Below are positions 49,373 to 62,012 of a stretch of 64,000 nt of DNA, one piece after another. Origin of the DNA: Camelus ferus (lineage: Eukaryota); assembly GCF_009834535.1 (NCBI RefSeq), contig NC_045707.1, positions 58,406,001 to 58,470,000 on the forward strand, read 5' to 3'. The notes beneath the pieces are model-generated. The model had not been told where the DNA came from. It did not search any database and saw nothing but the letters and a program-made list of their open reading frames with translations. The stretch's first letter is position 1. The number at the start of each line of letters is the position of its first letter. A program made the position numbers and the translations under genes.

Positions 49373-50879
49373 TGAAAAATACCAGCCTTGAACCAAGCCA
49401 CGCAAAGTACTGGAGCTACAGTTTTCTCCATTTACCCTGTGATTATGTCCCTTAGCCTGGATACATACTAATTTATAAAGCTTCTATTCTTTGAGCTCTA
49501 TCCCTTTATTCTCAACCAGGAAGAGAATCTGATGAATTCATTTCATCTAGTTTTGTATTAGATAATTATCACCTGGAGAAACCTAAAAAAAAAAATCATT
49601 GCTTCCTGTGATCTTCAACCAACTGTTGGTCTTGGGCTGGAGCCCAGGCATCTGTGTTTTAAAAATCTAAGGTGACTGATGTGCTGAGAGGGCTGAGAAA
49701 CATTGGACTAATATATAAATTAATATTTAAATATTTAATACTTATAAATATGCAACACAATTATCAAATATATTCTCCTAGCATGTATTCAATTGAAAAA
49801 CAAAGTTAATTTAGGGCAGAAAACATATCAACCAACTTTCCTGTAGGGGAGTGATTCAGATGATAATTTACCATTATAGAGATTATAAAGATTCCTTTAC
49901 TGTCACATGGAAATTTGTTAGCATACTCTTTGGACCCTATTAAATGGTCAACATAATAAACACCTTAATTTCTAAAGTATTAAAACATTTGGTTTAGAAA
50001 TGACTATAAGTAACTTCATATCTGAGCATTAATTAACCAATTGTATTTCTAGGTATAGTAACCAATTGAGTGCACAAAGTATTGAGTATTTTGCTGCCAT
50101 AATATAATAAAGAGTCCATGGATGTCTAGTGAACTATAAGAAGAAACCTCCTTAAATTTATTACTAATTAACTTAGGAAAATCTGGATACTGGTTTTCTT
50201 TACCAAGAGTGGTATGATATTTTAAGTGTAAGTTATTTTATTTTTGATATGACAGGCATCAACTTAAAATTGTTTTTTTTTTTTTTCTTCTCCCTCTTAG
50301 TCTGCTTTCTGTACTTTTTCTCCTTTCATTATACTCTTGGACTGAAGTGTATACTCCTCATGGCCTAGGAGAAGTTTCTTTACTTCATGAATCAAAGATT
50401 ATTGAAGTCTGTAATAAATGTGGCGCTCTCTACTTCACTAATTAAACTAAAGAACTAAATCATTCAGAGGAATTTCTGTAGCGCAGGCAAGAGTGATGGA
50501 TGAGCAGTCTTCCTCTCTTTTTCCTTTTCTCTCATTTGTCAAATGGTTTAATGCCTATGATGCATTAGGTCCTTTCACGATCATCTTGGCATGAAGAAAT
50601 TATACAAAAAAAATTAAGTGTACTGTAAAGTAGTTTAAAAACATTAGGATTCTCATGAGATTAATCCATTTAACCTTAATTCCACTGATAATTATGGAGA
50701 TAATTTTATGTCAACAGGCTAATCCATTGAATGACTATTACTCTCAGTAGCAAAACAACCGTATTATGTAGACACGTCATTGGTAAGATTAAATCTATGG
50801 TCCAGATGTTTTAGCGTTTGAATGATAAGAAGGAAAACATACTGTGGTTTTTTTTTTTTTTTGAAATGATGCAATAGAC

Positions 50880-50921
50880 GCCTACCACCATACTACCCTG
50901 AACACACCTGATCCCGTCTGA
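50880..50921 (+). pseudogene. 3'-truncated (tailless) 5S rRNA retropseudogene, nt 1-42
   Basis: gcctaccaccatactaccctgaacacacctgatcccgtctga matches mammalian 5S nt 1-42 (GTCTACGGCCATACCACCCTGAACGCGCCCGATCTCGTCTGA) at 34/42; flanked by a 17-bp TSD with 15/17 identity. Confidence 0.92.
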
Positions 50922-53134
50922 AATGATGCAGCAGAAATCTGTTTTGATGAATTCTAGTTAGGTATTCCGGTCTATTGATGTGGGCTGAGACAAGTCTTCT
51001 CTAACATAAAATAAGCCAAATCAATGCCTATCCCAATAGTCAAGCACCTTTAAATGTATTAACTCTGAAAAATGTCAACCTCTTAACATGAGAATAAAGG
51101 GTGGGTTACATGTCATCAACTTCTGATTGCTACTGATCCCTATGAGTTTAAATGGGTTCATATTTGGGCTGAATCATCTTGCAGACTCTGTTCTGTCTGC
51201 TGTCACGGCAATCTATCTCTATCAGTGTTGATCAGTTGCCTACACAGGTTAAACCTGACAGTGTGTGAGTTTCTTCCTGTAATTTTCTAGTTGCATTTTT
51301 CACTGTTTTCAATTTTTCCTTCTCAGTAAAAGCAGTATTTCCATTTTGACAATTGCTTTGGTGATAAGCCAAATCATATTCACATCTGTTGGTCCACTTC
51401 AGTTCAAGTTAATAAGTAGCTGTACACCCCTAGCATTGACCAGGTGCTGATCACCCAGCTACCTGGGCTACGTGAACAGTTGATGTAACTGATTTTAAAT
51501 AATACATGTGATCAGATGCTCAAGCATTAGAGCAGACTGCAGCCAAATAATACATTCCCTCTTCAATGCAGTCTCTGCTGTAGGTTTCAGGTTCATCAGA
51601 ATCAAGGTCCTCACTCTCCCAGTGTGACAGCATACAGATGGAGGGTTTGGCAGAGGGTTAATACTGGTGGAGTTCCTTCGACTTTATTCCTTCTCCAAAG
51701 GGCAGAAGAGATCAGAGAGGGGCAGGGGAAGATGGAGGCTGACAGAAGTCTAAAGTGCTTTCAGGGCTGTCTATGCAGACAGGGTCAGATTAGATATAAT
51801 CACATTTCTTTAGTAATTGGAAAGATTAATCTTGACTGAACTGAATCACTATTTTACGTACATCACACGTAAGTATATTTGTCTTTGAAATTTTTGCATC
51901 AACTTAAATTTGGTTTACCTCATGATAGTCTTTCTTTACTCTTTTTCTTTGTCCTTTATTCTCCAAGTAAACTGTACATCACAGGTGGGGCCAAATGGGG
52001 AGTAAAGAATGGTCCATCATCTTCCTGTTCTCATGTGCTGGAAACCCATGAATATTCTCACTTATCAACAATCTGGATTATCTGCTATGTTCTTTGTACA
52101 GCTGACAGCTTTACTATAAATTATGCAATCTATCTATATCATTATTATTTTTCCTGTTCTATGTAGTTTTCCCACAAAGGCAAAAGTTGATGTGATTTTT
52201 GTAGGTGTGCTAGGGAACAAAAAGATTTTTTAGACAATGGATGGTAATTATTTTGTTTTCAAATTGTAACCCAAGTGTATTCCCATGGAAACTTGCCTAC
52301 TTACAGTGTTTCAAACACACATGAAAAAAAAAAATGAAAATGTGGTAGCCATGGAGATACTCTCACAGAACAGTATCTAAACCATAACTTGGGAGAAACA
52401 ATGACTAATAGCATGTTATCATATTTCACGTGTCTACTGATAATGCTCTTTGAAGAATGGGTGATTATGTCTTTGACGCGTGCTGTTCACAGGGCAGATG
52501 TGGCACGTTTGGAGAAGAACTTACAATGTATACAAATTGCAGAGCTTTCCTCGATGGACTGATGTTTGCCATATATAGCTTTCAAAACCAATATATCGAT
52601 GGCCTCATTTTCAGTTGTGACATCTAGCATTTTGCCCATCGTCTCCCAAACCCCACATGAAGGTTTGAACTCCTTGGTATTTTAAAATTCCTTGATTTCT
52701 GATCACCACAAATCAGACATCTTGAATAAAAATACATCCATCTATTTCTCTCATTTTCTTAAGTGGTGTAATCATGTGCAATTCTCACTGTCTCTTCAAA
52801 ACTGCTGGGGGATCAACTGAAGATTCTCTTTCAGTGATTACATGTCATCTCCTCTTTGCTCTTGGCAACATCTTTCCCACGTTCAGAAAATAATGAAAAT
52901 GGTCCACTTTAGCTCTTGGCCACCTTCCTAATACATACTTTGGAGTTAATGACCTAATGGACTGTGTTATTAAATTAGATTTTCCCATTCTTAGGGGGCC
53001 TTTCAAGAGCACTCGGATGCTGGCACCCCCAGATGTACACATTTCAGAATTGGGAAGGAATTTCTGAAAGCTTCTTTGACCATTTGTTTCAAAAACCACT
53101 TCTGTCCTTTGTTTTGTGCTGTGTATCTTGAAGC

Positions 53135-53318
53135 TAGTGTTTCTTGAAGGCTGATTCTTGAGGACTTTGCATCAGAATAATCAGGAGTTGTTACACGTAG
53201 GTCCTGAGACCCCATCCCAGAGATACTGAATCAGAATCCCTAGGGTGGGCTGGGGCACCTGTATTTTTAACAGGTAGCCCAGGAGACGCTAATGCACTCC
53301 ACTGATTGGGAACAACTG
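53135..53318. mobile_element. MER5-family DNA transposon
   Basis: tgcatcagaataatcagg...cccatcccagagatactgaatcagaatccctagggtgggc...ctgtatttttaaca...gggaacaactg. Confidence 0.82.
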
Positions 53319-53611
53319 TTTAACCTCTGGTCCTAGTGACTGTGACTGATCTTGAAAGTAAAGACTGTCACCGTGCTTCTGGTGACATAATTTGCACTGG
53401 GTGGCGGGAGCACGTGGAAGACTGAATTCAACTTGAGGAGGAGCTTGCCAAGCAAGCTAAATGTTCTTGGATACTTCTAGAGTTACACTTAAAATGGCAT
53501 CCTATTACACGTGCTAGGACTGAAGGTTGAATCTCTTCAACCTTTAGGATGGGGTTGGCAGCATTTTAGGGTGAGATCACAAAGGAAATCTGAGTACAAA
53601 TGACTGGCTTC

Positions 53612-53835
53612 GGTGCAGTATAGAGTGGCGATGCAGGAGCCAGATGAACTTGACTTCAGCTCTGCCTCTGTGATCACGGGCGATCACCTAAGCTCTAAAT
53701 GTTTCAGCTTCCTCATCTGCAAAATGATGATGACGCAGTGCTTAGGCCACACGGCTGCTGGGAGGATCAGATGGACTCGTCTGTGTGGCACGTAGCATGG
53801 TGCCTGATTTGTATCAAGCGCTTAGCAAATGGCAG
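53612..53835 (+). mobile_element. MIR SINE
   Basis: tttcagcttcctcatctgcaaaatg...gggaggatcagatgg...gcatggtgcctga...aagcgcttagcaaatggcagc. Confidence 0.8.
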
Positions 53836-56800
53836 CATCTGAGGTTACTTTCTGAAGCTCACTAAAAACGTTCTTCCTTCTCCTTGGCTCTCTTAACTGA
53901 GGGCTTCCTAGGTCTGTCAGGGGACATGATACTGGGAAAAGTACGGACAGCCTGTACCAGAATTTTTACAGTGTGATGAAGATACAGTTATATAAAAACT
54001 ATGGCTGACACTGTGTTGCTAAAAGATGTGATGACACCATAATCTATTGAGCCAGAGCTGATATTTCCATGTTGTTATGTCTTGTCAGGGTTTGCAAATG
54101 TGAATGAGGATAACGTAATTACGCACAATTCTGTTGCAAGTAGCTAGTCATGGAGAGTAACGGACAAGTAGGATAATCATACTTATCAAGCATGTTTTTC
54201 TGAACATGGGATAGCCAGGTTTCAAGCGTTGTGGATACGCACCCTTAATAACCCTCAAAAATGAGTTCCCTTGGAGTTTGTTAAACAGCAAGACTTAGGT
54301 ATGTCCTAACAAAAGAAGACTGAAGACATGCATATGTCATGTCCTTGTATAATTTTTATAATATATTTAGTGCTGGAAATTGGGATTTAAAGTACCTGCT
54401 TAAGTTTTTCTGTGAATAGGATATGGAAATTCTTCTTAGAAATCTTTACCACTACCAAACATACATTGTTTCAAGCATAGAATCCTTCCCCTGAAGTCAG
54501 GTGTTTTTTGAAAGAAGCAAGACAAAGTGTTCGTATGTAAATGTTGATGAGAAAAAAGACACAGGTAAAGGAAAGGGTTGAAAGATGGTGAGTGAGGAAC
54601 TGGAAACATATTACAAGGGCACTGCAGGGATTTTCTGACCTCGCTCCACCCATAGCCCCCCCTACAGCTACAGGCACACGTGTTTCAGCATTTGTACAAC
54701 TATAGTAGGAGAAAGTGTGCACAGGATGGAGAGGCTCTTTTTTTTCAATGTGGCAAAATGACATTAAGTGTTCATGAAAACTTAATGGTTCTTTGTAAGA
54801 TGCCAAAAGATTTTGGATTAAATATATCTAATGCTCATGTCATAAAAAGCAACCTCCTAAGAAAAGGGTTAAAACACATCCACTTAATTGCATGTATTGG
54901 TCAAACCATTCTAATGCCTAGCAGTTACTTGTATATTAAGCAGGACTGAGCTGATCTATAGGTAATTAGATATTACAGCTATTACAGAAATTTCCAAGAC
55001 CGTCTAATAGGCATTTTAGCTTCTCTCCTAGCAACTATTATTTGGGCATTTCTTAGGAATTCATTGACATTATAAACAACTTTTAAAATAACCAAGTTAA
55101 ATCTTAATTGGCATCCCTAATAGAATGCACATAAAAAGAAAATTTTGTGCGTCATCCTGAATCAAATGCACATAGAAAAAAAAAATGGAAAGAGTAAGAA
55201 AACAGTGATTAAGACGAGCTAGAAATACTCCAAAAATGACCGCACAACTGACATAGCTTCATATTTGAAATTATTTCACAGTGGTTTTTTTCTTTACAGT
55301 GACTTCATTTGATAGGGCAGCTTTCTAAACTTTATTTAATAATAAAAAAAAGTAATAGAATCATTTGATTTTTTAAAAAATGAGAACAGCATTGGATGTC
55401 AAATAGTTTCATTTTTTCATTTGAGAGATTGATGCCTGGACAATGTGACTTGCCCATGGCTATGGTTCTCATGATGGTATAGCTGTGACTAGAACTCAGT
55501 TTAATGTTCTCTTCATTAAATTTAGGTAGAAAAAAGAAGCAGATGTTAACTTATGAATTACCATTAATTCCCAGTCGCTTCTCTGGGCCACTGCTGTCTG
55601 ACAGTTACTGTCTGTTCAAGCAAAAGCATATGATGTATAAATATATGCCTTTTATGAAGGAATACTAGTTACTAGCTAGATAACATATTCAAAGACAGTA
55701 AGGTGGGTAAGAGGGTGCAGATAGCAGAAGGGCTGAAAATGGAGATAAACTGAGATAAGATAAGAAAGACAGGTTAAGATATTAGCTTATAATTGTCCTT
55801 TGTAATAATGTTTCCAATCACATATTCACTTCCTTTATCCCCTACAGGCACCTGACTAGGCAGACAGCTTTATGTCAGTCATAGTCAGAATGACTTTATA
55901 AAATGTTGCAATAGGTTATTCCAACAGAATGCTTTTCACATATGTGAGGTCCATGCTGGGAGAGAAAGTGAGAAGAATGTAGAACTGTAGAAACATGGAC
56001 TGTGAACAAGGCAGGAGAAGAGAGGTAGGGAGTGATGGGAAACTGAAGCAAGTGTGAGGGTCCTGCAGAGGCACCCTCTGACCCAGGGGCCATGAGACTG
56101 CGTGTGGAAGCCTGGAAACTGCGAATTTCAGGAAAGGGCACTGAGGATTTTTGTAAATCATTAAAAGGTTACAGAGATTACGGTCATAATGGATATTTAA
56201 AGATTCAAACTGCTAAGGAATCTCAGGAAAGTAGAGTAGTTATTAATATTTTTAATAAAAGCACAATGGGCGTGGAAGATAGTCCATGTGATAAAAAACA
56301 AAATGGATAGAAAAAAAACCCCAAAAACATATTTGGGAGAAAAGTGTGGCTATTTCCAAAGGAATCTTAAAATTTGTGAACTTTTTTTTTGGGGGGGCTG
56401 GTAATGTATCATTTCCAAATAGAACTATATAATTTATGTTATCTACATTTATATTTATAATATGTACATATTTGGTTTGTTGAAAATCAAACAATTCTCT
56501 GAAGAGAGATAAGGTACCTTTGGGAATGGTTTCAAGCAGTTTTATCCAATAGCAGGGTGATGGACTGAGCAACCCTTACATGTTAGTTTAAGGCCCAGGA
56601 TGTGCCAGTGTCGATTAAAAGCAGCAGTTCTGACGCCACCAGAACAGCGTCGGAGACCCCGGCCATGACGTTCACCTGCACTACCTTAGCCGTGGGCTGG
56701 CCTGAGTTTCCCTAACAAGGCTTGTCTTCCTTTTGACGGCAGGACTTTTCTAGCTTGTCACTGAGTGGTGGACCACTCTGTCCGGCGAACTGACAAGAGC

Positions 56801-59800
56801 AGGGACAGGAGCAGTCTCTGGAGAGTCAGGAATCACCATGTTTGCTCTCACCCAAGACACCAGTGGCACATTCTGTTCATGGCTTTATTTCTTTCATTTA
56901 GTGTGTTCATATACAACACATTTTTCTGAATTAAAACATCAGTAATCGAATTTATACTCAGATTCGATTGATGGTCCCCTAGAATTGGTAACCTTGGCCT
57001 AATACACCAATTTATTCTAAAATCTGTAATTGCCTGCGTATGTAATTGAGCTCACAATTTTGCCCTGACACCATTTTGAATTGTAAATCCTGGCACTCTG
57101 CTGCCAGTAATTTTGATATTGTGACTTTAATTTTAATAGTGGGTGACATTTTTGGGGGGATATGCATAAAGACTCAAGATGTTTTTAAGGTTAATCAGAC
57201 TTGAAAAAATCAATGAATATACATAAACCTTGACTGAGCATCCACAAATAGGTAGAAAACAAAAAATATACAAACATTCTTGAGAATTCACTTCCAATAA
57301 CTGATTTATATAGTTCTTATCTCTGTAGTTTGGGGAAAAAAGATTTTTTTTTTGACAGTGGCTTGGTCCACACTGCCATCCAATACTTGCCCCCTCCCCC
57401 ATCAGCTGTTGATGATAAATTGCTTGGTGGGAATAACTCTTGGCAGAAAAGAGTAAACAATCATACAATAATTCAAAGATTGAGGTTTGTTAAGCACCTC
57501 TATATAAACAGATTAGGAACATAATGTATGTAATTCAGGAGCAAGCCAACTAAACCTATCATATAATAAGTGATGTTTTTTCTCACATCTGCCCACAATA
57601 CTGAATCAAGTTTCATTCTTGTTTGCTGATAAACTTCTACTCAAAACTTGAGATGATGGGACTATAAGTTAAAGCCATCATGTGGCTCTAAGTATATGGT
57701 GCTCCAGAGCTCCCAGGCTGGTGTCGAAAAGGTTTGTCAAAATAGTCATTAATCTCACTGCCATTGGATTTTTGTCCATAACCCATATGGTTATGCATTG
57801 TAAAGCTACTGAATTTTTTTGTTGTTGCTGTTGAACTCACAAATTTTACTTGCATATGTGATTAGCTGAATATTTCTTATACCTATTCTGGTTACAGGTC
57901 TCAGTAGATGATAAATTCTTATTTTAATACTAACCTGTTCAATTAGTCTTGTTTTTGATACCCCAGAGTTAGGGAATTACAGACATGAAAGAGGTGGTCT
58001 AAAGATTATTTTTGGCATACAAATCTAACCCTGTAAAATTTGCTTTCTATTTTGTATGTAAAATATGTGCTATAAAGACTTTTACACAAAAGCTTACGTA
58101 TTAGCGATTGCAATGAGCAACTAAGTATTGTTATTTACTGTAACCAAGTGGTAAACAATCCTTAAATCCGCTGGATATTTTCAAAGCTGGGAACTTCTCT
58201 TTAGTTGCCATGTTGATTGTACAGTTCAGGACCCAGTAAAATACAAAAACATGATGCATATGGAGAATTTGCTTCAATTACTAAAACTCAATTTCCTTTA
58301 TTGATGAAAGATCTTCTAAATTAAAATGATCACCTCTCAGCCTACCCCTTATGTTTTCCAGAGGATGGTGAATCCTCGAGTTGAGTAACCAGGACACAAA
58401 TAATCCTTCTGTAAGATTCTAGCTTCCACAGAGCAGTCCAAACAATAGGTATGACCCCAGGGAGGTTACATTCCTGGTGCCATCGATCCCAGTTCAGTCT
58501 TTAATGTTCTAGAGGTGAATTCGTCTTGTTAGCTCATCAAAATAATACAGATAAAGAGGGACTGGCATTGTCTAGAAAGCCACAGGTCCTTCCATGATTA
58601 AGAACAGAGAAGTGCAGTGTACAAATTCTCTGTGGTTCAACTTTTTTTATTTTCATGTGTCTGAGGAATCTAGGGATTCACTCCTTCATCAAATGAAAGA
58701 ATTTGAAAGCTGTTGCAACAACAAATAAACCTAATTAAATACAAATCATTCTACTGTGTGTTTTGTCTAACTCTGTAAATTCTGCAAGGGACAACAGCAA
58801 AATATTCATAAAGGGTAATAAGAGAAGCAGAAGGAGTTTTTTTGTTTGTTTTTTGTGGTAGGAAAAACACTTTATTTAACTAAAATAAAGATACCTTGAA
58901 TAGCTATCTGTACCACATAAATTTACTTTGCTATTGTCTTACAGTGAGCAGGAAAAAGTATAGTTAGGGAAGTGATGGAAATAGGTGTCTGTTCTGCAAA
59001 GCATATTAGAGCCTCCATTATGCCAGTGATAAATATTTCAGCAGCTTTGTTTAGGTGTGGATAAATTTCCCTTAGAGTATTCATAGAAGACATGATGCGA
59101 GATTATCGGTAGTACCAAACACCACTCAGACTACCTGGGGAAAAATCATAAATCTTACAAGCAGTCTACATGTGCTTGCATTTCTACAATATCTGAATTT
59201 GCTTAGTGATTCGTAGAGGGGACCACACTGTGGCATTTATACTTCATCACAACCCAGGAATCTCTACTCCGTGTTTGAAGTACAAATCATTTGCCAGGGC
59301 ACTAAACCAATTTTTTTTTTCTTTGAATCTTTATACTAATAACAGGGCTAAAAAGAAAAGTGCTAAAACCATGTCATTCTAATAAGATGGGTCATTTCTA
59401 GAAGGAAAGCACAGTAAACATCAAATTTTTGATAAAGCCTTATTTGTTTACTTTGTTCCCTGAATTCTCTCTTTTCTTTTCTTTTCCTCTTCTATAGCTT
59501 CTTTACTATGTATGGGTAAATAACAAGGAGAATTAGCACCCCCAACCCCACCCCGCCTTTTCAGGCAAAAGCAGGACCTGGGGAAAAGGGAGTTTCTCAA
59601 GAGGGTGTGGAAAGGAACAAAGCACGTGTGTTTATGTCTTTATGAAAATCAATTGCCTGAGGTCTGAGTACCTTCTAAACATTATCCAGAACTGCATGGG
59701 AACTTAAATCTGAACTGGGAGGGGGAAAATAATCTCTCGGGGAGAGTGAGTGTAATAGAGTCTGGCCAGTCTCTTGCACATGAGGAATAAACTGGGAAAG

Positions 59801-60292
59801 CATGCTAGGCAAAGGCATCCTTTTTGGGAAATGCCTTCCACTTCAACCTGAGAACAGTCTCCCACCATTTTGTCACCTCCCTGAGGTAACAGACCCCCGC
59901 GGCTGAGAATCACTACTTCCATCGCAAGCATTTCTTTAACCAGGGGTTGGGTACCTTGACAACTTGATGGAAAAACATGTCGACTAAAATGTTCTTAATA
60001 AGCCCGCCTCAGGACCCTTCCTCCCTGTGGTATCATCAGCCGTCAATAAACTACACTCATAACCCTCAATTCTCACGTAAAACCCGATCTGGCAGAGAAG
60101 TAATTACCTAGCTGGAGCTGTGCCCCTCTGCGGTGAAGCCCAGGAAGCATGATAATGCTGTCTAATTAGTGTTTATTATCTGATCCGTTCACGTCGGTGG
60201 TAGTACCAAAAAAGTGCCCCTCAGCTGGACGTGCCTATCATAACGAGACATAGAAGCTACTCATGTAAAAGCTTCTCATTGTCTGCATTTTC

Positions 60293-60306
60293 CTTGCCAT
60301 GGCAAC
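60293..60306. promoter_or_regulatory. Candidate RFX X-box
   Basis: CTTGCCATGGCAAC, 13/14 match to the palindrome GTTGCCATGGCAAC, in non-repetitive sequence; function untested. Confidence 0.5.
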
Positions 60307-61834
60307 CAAAATTCAGCTTCCTTCCAAGCAATCTGTAGCTCAGCCATGTTCCCTAGACTGCACGTGGCTGACCTGGCATTCCATCTAGGACTTTCTAAAT
60401 GTTAGCCTGACAACAGGTGTTGGTATTACCGCGACAAAGACCTGCATGATAAGCTGCTCATTCTACTCTGTGGGGACAAGTAGTACGTTCAGGGCTTGTT
60501 CTTGGCAGCTGTTATTCTAACGGAAAGTCAGAATTCAAATCCTTGAAACCCCCTGCCACTCTGTGTGCTGAGGTGGGGAGTTAAGTACACAGATGCTTCT
60601 GCATTTCTATGAGGTGCTGTTACCCGCACCTTGGCTCTTGCTATGCGCTTTATAACTACCTTTGATCTTCAAGGGGCTCTGATAAGAATGATCTGATTCC
60701 CTGAATCGATGGGAACTTGAGATAGTCTCAACAACAGGGTTTTACCAAGTTGAGTATACAGCTGGACCTTCTGAAGGGAGGATCGGTTCGTTTGGGGAGA
60801 GCAAAAGAAAAACCTCTAATCCTTTCAAAAATCAGCGCTGGTGTGTTTTAGAGTAGAAATCAGGGAATTCAGAATAACAGTGCTGTAGCTTAATCCAGAC
60901 TATTAATCTTCCATTTTTAAAGAGATTAAAAACTATGAAATCCTGGGAAGGTATGGTGCGGCAGCTAAGGGCACAGACTTTAGATGAGCTAGGTTTCTAA
61001 GCCACAGTTATCTCAACTGCAAAATGTTGATAATGATAGTATGTATGCTCTAGAACTGTCATAGGAATTACATGGGGCAAAGATTGTCGAGTGTCGAGTG
61101 CACGAGAGGCACACGGTAAGCTCTGGGGCAGGCAGCAGTACCAGTGCTCCATCAGCCCACGTGGTATTATACATCGGTGCTTATCCCCTTCTTGTGGGGC
61201 TGGCGTTCTGGGACACACACACTATACTCCTCTACTTAACTTTCACATCCTGCACATGGGATTGCTTAAGCAGGTCCAGGAAATTTGGGGATTTCAGGAA
61301 GGAAAAAGGCACAAGTAGGCGTTGCCAGGAGATAACAAAAAACCCCCAAACTTTTGGCAAAGTTTCACTTGGGGAAAGGCAAGGGAAGCTTCTAGTTCTG
61401 CTAAGCAAACTCCCTTCACTTTTAGGAAAGCTCTTGCTTGATCTCAGGTGCAGACAGAGGAGTGTCAGATACTGGCTGATGCAATAAGGTATCAGTGTGA
61501 ATACACACGCACATTTCAAACTGTCTCTCTCCAAAGAGTCTCTCTCAACTCCCAGCCCTATCCTGTATTTTAGAGCATGCTAATTAGTTCTCGCTGTTAA
61601 AAATTTTCTCAAAAGCTCTACGTGACATGTGCTGTTACAGCCTCTATTTTAGGGGAAGTAGAAGGAGCGTTAAGAGAGAGGCCAAGATTAGAGCTAAAAT
61701 CATACTTTGAAGGATTCCATCTGCTATGAAAATTAAAGTATAATAATAGGTCAAAGAAGTTTTTCCAAAGAAGTCAGACTGTTTCTAGAAAGGGCTTTTA
61801 GATTCACAAATCAGGAAACATAATCCAGGTAGAG

Positions 61835-62012
61835 TTAGAAGGCGAGGTTTGGATGACTTGTTCAGTTGTTTCACTCTCTGGAGTGAATTTGGCGAGTTAA
61901 TTAAGGTATCTTCTCAATGGGGTGAAAAATACCTGTCTCAGGTTTGTTGTGATGGTAAGATGCTGTACTGCATATAAAGTATTAAGCACAGCCAGTGGGC
62001 TTCAATGATAGC
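61835..62012 (+). mobile_element. MIR SINE fragment
   Basis: aatggggtgaaaaatacctgtctcaggtttgttgtgatggtaagatg...gcatataaagtattaagcacag. Confidence 0.7.

Noticed and set aside
49722..49735. Palindrome AATATTTAAATATT
   Set aside because: A/T-only low-complexity sequence; not significant.
53523..53544. Perfect 9-bp hairpin AAGGTTGAA-TCTC-TTCAACCTT
   Set aside because: About one such stem is expected by chance in 64 kb; no supporting context.
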